Shown here piece after piece: positions 33,090-41,175 of a DNA stretch of 41,175 bases (within the stretch, counting starts at the first letter, position 1; each line of letters begins with the position of its first letter). The position numbers were made by a program, and so were the translations under genes. The DNA lies in NCBI RefSeq assembly GCF_004010195.1, contig NC_057752.1:3444634-3485808 (forward strand), written 5' to 3'. A model generated the notes under the pieces. The model saw only the letters and a program-made list of their open reading frames with translations, did no database searches and had not been told where the DNA came from. The stretch comes from Chiloscyllium plagiosum (taxonomy: Eukaryota).

Positions 33090-33645
33090 ATCTGCTGGAG
33101 GCTACGGAAATTCAGCATGTCCTTAAAGACTCTCACCAATTTTCATGGATGCACCACAGAAAGCATCCAACCTGGATGCGTCACAGCTTGGTACGGCAAC
33201 TGCTCTGCCCAGGACTGTAACAAACTACAGGGAGTTGTGAGCGCAGCCCAGTCCATCACCCAAACCAACCTCCCATCCACTGGCTCCATCTACACTTCCC
33301 ACTGCCTCGGGAAGGCAGCCAACATCATCAATGACCCCTCCCACCCCGGTTATCATCTCTTCCAAACTCTTCGATTGGGCAGAGGATACAAAAGCTTAAA
33401 CACACAGACTAACAGATTCAACAGCTTCTTCCCTGCTGTTATCAGACTTCTGACTGGACCTCCCCAATTTCAGATGTAATGTCGATCTCACTCTTTCTGC
33501 GCCTTCTCTGCAACCATAACACTGTATTCCTCGCTCTTTTCTATCACCCTAATGCGCTTCGTATGGTATGATCTGCCTGTACTGCATGCAAAACAAAACT
33601 TTTCACTGTACCTAGGTACATGTGACAAGAATAAATCAACTCAAA
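33090..33645 (+). mobile_element. Rex1/Babar-clade LINE 3' part (a short minus-strand CR1 piece follows at about 33680-33765)
   Basis: MSLKTLTNFHGCTTESIQPGCVTAWYGNC..DPSHPGYHLFQ.L..GR.YKS..TNRFNSFFPAVIRLL; ends AATAAATCAA. Confidence 0.9.
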
Positions 33646-33767
33646 TTCAGGTGAGATTCTTGCTGGGCATTATTTCAACTCTGGGGGAAAAAGATTCTGA
33701 CCGTCAGCTCTATTGATGCATGTTATAATTTTATAGACTCCTATCAAGTCTCCCCTCAGCTTAACAG

Positions 33768-35468
33768 GCCTTTTTAGAGATGGCGTCGGTGAAAGGGATG
33801 CTGGTCCTTTCTGGGCTGTGCTGGCGGTGATGAGATGTTCCGGGTATGGCGAGGGACAGAATCGGATGTGAGGAGTGAGGTGCAGGTGGTTCGCGAGGCG
33901 AGTTGGTAAGCTACAGGGATTATTGCCAGTTTGTGACCCTAGACATTGACCATTCTCAACATAGACATCAGAGCAGGTACCTGGCAACTTCATCTCACTG
34001 CTGGCTTCGAACTGCTTCGACACGCAGGCACGATCCATGGGCACCAGCCCCTTGTCCACAAACATCCACGTCCACAATTTGCCAACCCCTCACTAAACCA
34101 GCTGCTTAGGGAGGAGCAAGCTGCATTGGAGGTGTATCAGTAACTCGCGTTGACAGGCTGCGAAAGGGCATCTTGTGGGCAGGGCGGGTATCCAGCTCAC
34201 AGATCGGACCAGGCCGCAGCTCAGGCCTCCTTGTGTGTTCCCTGAGTGCTCGCTCACTAATGTGTGCCCACAGCCTCCGTGTCTTGTCTTGCTGTGCCAG
34301 ACCTGTTTGTGCACTGCTGCTTCAGCTCGACCTGAAAAGCTTTGAGGACTGTATTGCCGTGTTCTTTTGATACAGGCAGGCCGCTGGTCAGGGTTTCAGT
34401 GGTGGGGTGCGGAATGGCTTCCAGTACAGCGCACCAAGATGCCAGTCTATCACCAACAGCATGTGCCAGCTGCCTGTGGGGCAAACACACTGCACATTTA
34501 TCCAACCAAACAGCCATGTTGGAAACCGGGTGGGCAGGGGAGGGGGGAGGCGGGGAAGCAGAGAGGCTAGTCCTCAGTTGGGTTAAGGGGGCCGCTGTCT
34601 GTCAGGGGGGCCCTGGTGCCATCAGTCACAGGCACAGTCTTCACACAGTTTCAGGGTCTTGGCTACAGTCAAAAGTCTGTTCAGGCCATCGTCAGGGGAG
34701 CGGGCAGCAGCCACTCCTGTAGGAGCTGTCACCGTTGCTGGCGAGTGAGTGGCAATGCCAGATCGCCAAAGCTTTGTCGGAGGCTGTGCACGGCGGCCTT
34801 TTAAAGATGGCGCCGACTCCAAAGGATCCTGGTCTTCCGGCGGACATGCCGTTTAACAGCAAATTGTCTCAGGAATGGCAGGTGGGAGCAGAAATTAGAT
34901 GAGAGGGACGCAGTCGGTGGGGAGGGAGATAAGTCATCAACAAAGTAAGGCTTCCTTGACAAAACTCAACACAACTGGCACTTAGCCAAAACAAAACCCC
35001 GTAAGATTCAGCTCACTGAGTATTTCTAGTACTTTCTGTTTTTATTATCGTTAAAGTATGATAATGACGCTCTCAGAGAGGTCCCTAATGACTCTAATAG
35101 CCGCTAATCAACGATGTCTTTGTGAAAGTCAGGAACACGATTCAACCTCTGAACCCATTGGGTTGGAAGAGAGATTATTAACCCTCAATGGGGACACGAC
35201 CTTCATCTCCATAGATGCTCCCTGAGTGCTTCCAGCACATTCCACGGGTATTTCTAGGCTCATGGGCTGAATCTGACATGTTTTTCTGCTAAGTTTCATG
35301 GCTGTCGAGTTTTGTTTCTTTGGAGGACTCTGCTCCCTTTAGCTTACCAACTCGCCTCGTGAACCACCTGCACCTCACTCCTCACATCCGATTCTGTCCG
35401 TCGCCATACCCGAAACATCTCATCACCGCCAGCACAGCCCAGAAAAGACCAGCATCCCTGGTCACCGA
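33768..35468. mobile_element. Rearranged PIF/Harbinger-like remnants with inverted duplication
   Basis: The TTTTA(A/G)AGATGG(C/T)G..(C/G)CTGGTC segment at 33771 and 34799 is shared with the Myb-bearing element at 6994; TIR-like ends AAGATTCAGCTC (35003-35014) and GGGCTGAATCT (35264-35274); 33786-33919 is an inverted copy of 35334-35468. Confidence 0.55.
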
Positions 35469-36044
35469 AAAGAGCCATTCAATCCAATGGGTGTGTGCAG
35501 ATTCCACTCCACATCATCCTGAAACAGGAGCTACCCTTTTGTCTTATTTCAGACACCTTGCTGGGTCTGTTATACTCTTCCGTTGTTCGGTTTTAGATTT
35601 TTTGGCATTCACTGTTTCTTCCTTCCCTCTTTTTATTCCCAACAAGTTTATTCTGTGCATCGGCTCCTCTGCCACGATCGGCAAAATCCTCACCAAACTT
35701 GCAGGTGACCCAGTACAACCCAAGCACACACTACAAGGAGACTTCGCACCAGACAGCCATACTGTCAGTCTCCACAGGAAGGCATCTCATGTGCTAAGGC
35801 CATGTTGAGACTGCTATTTTAACACTCTTACCCTGCACCCCCAGCCCCATGCCATGGTGACTCACCTGATCACGTGCCAGTCTGGTCATTAAGATTTGAT
35901 TGGTGAACTTCTGCCAGTCTCTCGGCCTTTTGCAGCCCTCAACGCTGGCACCCCTCCCCCCCCCCCCCCCGGGGCAATCAGAGGCTGGTAGCTTCTGGGT
36001 CCTAAAAGGGGACCTGATCCCTGGGTGATCCAGCAGTGAGAGCT

Positions 36045-37050
36045 GACAATCAGATTGAGACTAATTGCACAGAAAGAGGTCAAGTCTTCTCTACCACTTT
36101 ATTGTTAAACTCTGTGCACTGTTTCTTCAAATTATTGACTGAAGCAATAAATGTGTTGTGACCTTTATGAAGGGAGGGGTGGCAAGGAGGTGCTTTCACT
36201 GATGCCCATTATCGATGCCTCCAATTTGGGGTGGCTCAGTGGTTAGCACTGCTGCCTCACAGCACCGGGGTGGCTCAGTGGTTAGCACTGCTGCCTCACA
36301 GCACCAGGGACCGGGGTTCGATCCCAGCCTTCAGCGACTGTCTGTGTGGAGTTTCCACATTCTCCCCGTGTCTGCGTGGGTCTCCTCCGGATACTCCGGT
36401 TTCCTCCCACAATCCAAAGATGTGCAGGTCAGGGTGGATTGGCCATGGGGAATGTTGGGATAGGATACAGTGGTGGGTCTGGGTGGGATGCTCTTTGGAG
36501 GGTGGGTGTGGACTCGATGGGTCAAATGGCCTGCCTCCACACTGCAGGGGTTTCTGTGAGGTCAGATTGGCACAATGGGAGGATCCTCAAACCCAGCCCT
36601 GGCCGGCAGGTCACCCTGGCATCCCAGTTGGGAAGCTAGTGACTTTTTTATACCCGCTGGGAAGACAGGTAATCGGGGATGTGGCAAGTTAAGACCTTGC
36701 AACATCTAATAATTGACCGCTTGAGGGCCTTGAATGCTGTCAGGTCAAGGATGATCTGAATGGACCCTCCCGCCCAGAGTTTAACTGGTGAGGTGCCAAC
36801 AAGAGCCAACTTGTTGGCACCTTTCACATCACCTGCAGGCAGGGGCAAATTCCACATCAACCCTCTTCTGTTCGTTCAGAGCAATACCACAACAAGAGGA
36901 ACATTCTATCCACATAGATGTGACAAAAAGACAATCAGATTGAGGCTAATTGCACAGAAAGAGGTCGAGTACTCTCCACCACTTTACTGTTAAACTCTGC
37001 ACACTGTTTCTTTAAATTATTGACTGAGGCAATAAATGTGTAATGACCTT
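36045..37050 (+). repeat. 121-bp direct repeat pair (36045-36165 and 36930-37050)
   Basis: GACAATCAGATTGAG.CTAATTGCACAGAAAGAGGTC..AATTATTGACTGA.GCAATAAATGTG..GACCTT present twice, roughly 85-90 percent identical by eye. Confidence 0.95.
36228..36555 (+). mobile_element. HE1-like SINE with exact 39-bp duplication of its head
   Basis: GGGGTGGCTCAGTGGTTAGCACTGCTGCCTCACAGCACC at 36228-36266 and 36267-36305, then GGTTCGATCC B box and body. Confidence 0.92.
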
Positions 37051-38132
37051 AGGTTATGTTTGAAAGGCAATGTTTCATCGCCTGCTTAACTCCCTGGGAA
37101 ACATTAGTTTTTTTGCATATATAAAAAAAGTTACAGAGCATGTAGAGCTTTTAATTGAAAATTTAATTGGAAATTTGGAATATAGTCAATTCGACTCAAA
37201 ATGAACAACTGGCAAGTGAAGATTAAAGTGCAGAAGAGCGAAAAGCAAAACCATTTCCCATTGAGAACCATTGTTTTGGTTCACATTGACTGAATTGCTC
37301 CATTAATGAGTCGCTCTCATAAATCAAAAGAAAAGCCCACACATACAGTGATCAAAAAAAAAAATTCTACTTTTCCTAAGCCTCACAGCTGACGGGAGGC
37401 TTATTTTTGTAGAGGATCACGTAGCAGAGCATCACAGGGGCAGTCCATTCTCTTACCCGACCGTAAGCAGAGATAGGCTGCCGGCTGAAGCTTCACAATC
37501 AAGTCTGAACACAGATTACACCTCCCTGAGACCAGATGGCAGCACTCATGAAGCAAGCAGCCAATTTCAAGAGAGGAGGAAAAGACTAAATGGAGGAGAA
37601 AGAGGCCGAACGAGGGAGAGGGAAAATAATTGGCCAATCTGCCTTCACACCGTTGAGGGTTGGGCACCATCCACAAGGAAGAGCTGCGAGATCAGGAACA
37701 CCAAACTGGCTCTTCGGAAATCTTGCTCCATAATACAAATGAGTCCAAAGATGACTGTTTCACGTGTTTTCGGAGGAGCGAGGTTATACTGCCTCACAAC
37801 CCCGGGATGTCCCAAAGTGCCTTCAAGCTAACAGCCCATTTCGGAAGCGTAGAACACTGCTGGAAACTAGGCGGACTATCTACACAGAGCAAACCCCCAC
37901 AAACAGCAGCCGGTTAAACGAGCCTGTTTTTCCTAACAGTGATGAAGGGATATATATATATTGGCCTGGAAGAAATCCCCTCTTCCAAGTAGTAAGCCAG
38001 GATGTTCACCATCTGGGCAGCACGGTGGTTAGCACTGCTGCCTGGCTGTGTGGAGTTTGCACATTCTCCCCGTGTCTGTGTAGATGTGCTCCAGTTTCCT
38101 CCCACTGGCACAAAGACGTGCAGGGTTAGGTG

Positions 38133-38203
38133 GAGCCAGGTAGGTCTCGACCCTGCAATCTTTGATCTGAAGCCAATGGCATTATCCGTTAAGCCACTGG
38201 GCT
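38133..38203 (-). pseudogene. tRNA-Arg(TCG)-derived pseudogene, anticodon now TCA
   Basis: Minus strand AGCCCAGTGGCTTAACGGATAATGCCATTGGCT-TCA-GATCAAAGATTGCAGGGTCGAGACCTACCTGGCTC aligns along its length with vertebrate tRNA-Arg (GTGGCCTAATGGATAAGGC..CTTCGGATCAGAAGATTGCAGGTTCGAGTCCTGCC); stem mismatches and damaged T loop. Confidence 0.75.
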
Positions 38204-38220
38204 ACCACAGAGCAGGGGCA

Positions 38221-38445
38221 GGTGGATTGGCCATGCCAAACTGTCCTGGGTGTGCAGGGGTAGGTGGATTGGACATGCCAAACTGTCCTGGATGTGCAGG
38301 GGTAGGTGGATTGGCCATGCCAAACTGTCCTGGGTGTGCAGGGGTAGGTGGATTGGCCATGCTAAACTGTCCTGGATGTGCAGGGTTACGTGGATTGGCC
38401 ATGCCAAACTGTCCTGGGTGTGCAGGGGTAGGTGGATTGGCCATG
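38221..38445 (+). repeat. 42-bp tandem repeat, about 5.3 copies
   Basis: Unit GGTGGATTGGCCATGCCAAACTGTCCTGG(G/A)TGTGCAGGGGTA starting at 38221, 38263, 38305, 38347, 38389 and 38431 (partial). Confidence 0.97.
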
Positions 38446-38634
38446 GGAAATGCAAGGTTACAGGGATCGGGTGATAGGGTTGGGTGCTCTTTGGAGAGGC
38501 AGTGTGGACTTTATGGGCCAAATGGCCTGCTTCCACACTGTTAGGATTCTATGGTTTATCTGAGAGGGCAGCTCATGTCTCTGTTTAATGTCAATTCTGA
38601 AAGACAGCACCCTTGCTGTAATGGTGGAGTCTAG

Positions 38635-38722
38635 ATTAGAGTGGTGTTGGAAAAGCACAGCAGGTCAGGCAGCATCCAAGGAGCAGGAAAATTGACGTTT
38701 TGGGCAAAAGCCCTTCATCAGA
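38635..38722 (-). mobile_element. PLE terminal repeat with mutated hammerhead core
   Basis: Minus strand CTGATGAAGGGCTTTTGCCC-AAAA-CGTC (GAAA changed to AAAA). Confidence 0.8.
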
Positions 38723-38992
38723 ATGCTGGAGTGTTGGCCTTGAGACTTGAACTCAAGTCTCCAGAGTCAAACCCACAAAGAGAATGAACACCAGACCCTG
38801 GTGAATGCACACAACTTCCTCCAAGAGCTCTGGCTGATCCTGCTGGAGATCATGTTGTCCTGAGCTAATGGTCCATCTGTACAAACTGCCAAGACTGCTC
38901 ACACATCAGCACCTGTACTTGCTATCCTTGCTATTAACCACCCCATTATCACATGCTCAATTGTATGTTATTGCCACTACAGCAGTGAGCTC

Positions 38993-39228
38993 TGAAATAA
39001 CTCCAGAGAGGCCGAAATCCCGTCACCGAGTTTCCCTTTATTTACACGTGGAGAGTGCTTGACACTGATCTAGCTCCCTCAGAGCCAGCTCTCAGAGTGA
39101 ACAGAACCTCTGACCCTCCTGTGTTTACCTGTCAGCCAGGGCTCCCTGATTGGACCTGGTTAACAGCCCCAATAAGGGAACTCAGATTCTCTAAGGTCCA
39201 TCTGGCTAACCTCATTACAATCACTACA
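38993..39228 (-). mobile_element. Solo LTR, probably Ty3/Gypsy
   Basis: 236 bp with TG..CA termini; minus strand has CCAATC, a decayed TATA-like GGTAAAC and AATAAA in LTR order; flanks AGCTC/AACCC are at best a decayed TSD. Confidence 0.65.
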
Positions 39229-39771
39229 AACCCATTTCAGTTATGCAATTAAAGCCAATGCAGAACACCAACAGCCCCAATACCCTGAGAAATCTGTTGC
39301 TGTCTCATTCAAACGACAGGACCTCATGCAGTGCAGCATTCCCTCAGTACTGCACTGCAGCAGCAGCAGAGCTGTTTATCCTTGAGTCTGGAAATGGGGC
39401 TTGAACCTTCTACCACAAAGTGACCATTGGACCCACAGCTGACCTCGGCGCGGACTAAAACCTACAGCAGGTTGAGCTCAAAATTGCTCCCGCGAATGGG
39501 TAAGGAAGCCAGATTCCAAAAGTGAAAACATATACAGCTGCAGATATTTAACATTTATTCAGATGCATTTTTTTTGTTGCAACTATAAATATTTGAATTA
39601 ACTTGGATGGTGGGCAATAAGAATCCAGTATAGTTGGTGGAAAACCCCATTAGGGATTCTCCTGTTACTGTTTTGCAGATATGAAGAGAATGCAGGAATG
39701 TGATCAACAGCCTGATTTTTCAAATGATGCCAATTCCAGCTGGGGATGGTGGAGGCTTCACTGTCTGAGTT

Positions 39772-41175
39772 AGAGTCATAGAGATGTCCAGCACGGAAAC
39801 AGACCCTTCAGTCCAACCCGTCCATACCGACCAGATATCCCAACCCAATCTAGTCCCACCTGCCAGCACCCCGCCCATATCCCTCCAAACCCTCCTATTC
39901 ATATATCCATGCAAATGCATTTTAAATGTTGCAATTGTACCAGCCTCCACTACATCCTCTGGCAGCTCGTTCCAAACACGCACCACCCTCTGCGTGAAAA
40001 ATCTGCCTCTCAGGTCCCTTTTATATCTTTCCCCTCTCACCCTCAACCTATGCCCTCTAGTTCTGAACTCCCCCACCCCAGGGAAAAGACCTTGTCTATT
40101 TATCCTATCCATGCCCCTCATGATTTTATAAACCTCTATAAGGTCACCCCTCAGCCTCCTCCACTCCAGGGAAAACAGCCCAAGCCTATTCAAACTCTCC
40201 CGATAGCTCAAATCCTCCAACCCTAGCAACATCCTTGTAAATCTTTTCTGAACCCTTTCAAGTTCCACAACACCATTCCAATAGGAAGGAGACCAGAATT
40301 GAATGCAATATTCCAACAGTGGCCTAACCAATGTCCTGTACAGCTGCAACAAGACCTCCCAACTCCTGTACTCAATACTCTGACCAATAAAGGAAAGCAT
40401 ACCAAACGCCTTCTTCACTATCCTATCTATCTGCGACTCCACTTTCAAGGAGCTATGAACCTACACCCCAAGGTCTCTTTGTTCAGCAACACTCCTCAGA
40501 ACCTTGCCATTAAGTGTATAAGTCCTACTAAGATTTGCTTTCCAAAAATGCAGCACCTTGCATTTATCTAAATTAAACTCCATCTGCCACTTCTCAGCCC
40601 ATTGGCCCATCAGATCACGATCCCGTTGTAATCTGAGGTAACCCTCTTCACTGTCCACTACACCTCCAATTTTGGTGTCATCTGCAAAATTACTCTCTGT
40701 ACCTCTTATGCTCACATCCAAATCATTTATATAAATGACGAAAAGTAGAGGACCCAGCACCAATCCTTGTGGCACTCCACTGGTCACAGACCTCCAGTCT
40801 GAAAAGCAAGCTCCCCACCACCCTCTGTCTTCTACCTTTGAGCCAGTTCTGTATCCAAAAGGCTAATTCTCCCTGCATTTCATGAGATCTAACCTTGCGA
40901 ACCAATTTCCCATGGGGAACCTTGTTGAATGCCTTATTGAAGTCTATATAGATCACATCTACCGCTCTGCCCTCATCAATCCTCTTTGTTACTTAAAAAA
41001 ACTCAATCAAGTTCATGAGACATGATTTCACACACACAAAGCCATGTTGACTATCCCGAATCAGTCCTTGCCTTTCCAAATACATGTACATCCTGTCCCT
41101 CAGGATTCCCTCCAACAACTTGCCCACCACCGAGGTCAGGCTCACCGGTCTATAGTTCCCTGGCTTGTCTTTACC
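39772..41175 (-). mobile_element. CR1 LINE, RT domain to 3' end, frameshifted, continuing beyond the window
   Basis: IYIDFNKAFNKVPHG, SGVPQGLVLGPLLF, NFADDTK, LVRPLLEYCIQFWSP, FFTQRVVRVWNELP; same subfamily as 1-1031. Confidence 0.96.

Larger units (their letters stand above)
38015..38552 (+). mobile_element. HE1-like SINE (B-box region deleted) containing a tRNA pseudogene and a 42-bp tandem array
   Basis: GGGCAGCACGGTGGTTAGCACTGCTGCC head, HE1 body and GGGCCAAATGGCCTGCTTCCACACTG end. Confidence 0.88.
37780..38612 (-). mobile_element. Old Deu-domain SINE remnant interrupted by HE1 (another head fragment at about 39300-39445)
   Basis: GGATGTCCCAAAGTGC..CCCACAAACAGCA..AGGGATA..TATTGGCC; resumes CTGAGAGGGCAG..TTTAATGTC..TGAAAGACAGCACC. 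Confidence 0.55.

Noticed and set aside
34257..34822. Second Harbinger Myb coding region (AARSPDDGLNRLL)
   Set aside because: Position relative to the shared upstream segment fits, but I could not reconstruct the W..V or RKK..DL motifs, so it is not called.
38133..38203. Selenocysteine tRNA (anticodon TCA)
   Set aside because: About 71 nt with a short variable loop and tRNA-Arg-like sequence throughout.
38221..38445. CRISPR-like regular repeats (also 32079-32265)
   Set aside because: Head-to-tail units with no unique spacers, no cas genes, and a vertebrate SINE context.
38002..38544. Cys-rich repeat ORF (MPNCPGCAGVGGLA)n suggesting a metal-binding protein
   Set aside because: It is the translation of a 42-bp tandem repeat inside a SINE, open in several frames on both strands.
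39655..39770. Possible exon after acceptor TTACTGTTTTGCAG
   Set aside because: No convincing donor or recognisable peptide before the CR1 begins.
39720..40956. Reverse transcriptase ORFs as an active element or retron-like system
   Set aside because: CR1 ORF2 is broken into at least three frames; an ordinary dead LINE copy.

Overview
Eukaryotic, repeat-dense non-coding DNA (intronic or intergenic). The HE1-type tRNA-SINEs and the CR1/Penelope repertoire point to an elasmobranch (shark) genome. No intact host protein-coding gene or host exon could be identified; almost every ORF in the supplied track is a transposon fragment, its antisense reading, a tandem-repeat artefact or an N-gap artefact. 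The window holds about 20 CR1 LINE fragments, about 10 HE1-like SINEs (several nested or internally amplified), three Rex1/Babar LINE 3' ends, old Deu-domain SINE remnants, a solo LTR, PIF/Harbinger remnants including a frameshifted Myb/SANT exon, and many Penelope-like (PLE) terminal repeats of at least three sequence types carrying minimal hammerhead ribozyme cores. The clearest gene-derived feature is a 5'-truncated processed pseudogene of PSMA6 (25078-26421, minus strand) with a poly(A) remnant and a 15-bp target-site duplication, inside a multi-layer nest of insertions. Other notable structures are a 97-bp-arm hairpin, a probable inversion flanked by about 135-bp inverted duplications, a 121-bp direct duplication, a tRNA-Arg pseudogene whose anticodon now reads TCA, and several motif-rich unique blocks that may be enhancers. 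I found no convincing wholly novel system. Family names come from recognition by eye, not database searches, and repeat boundaries are approximate.
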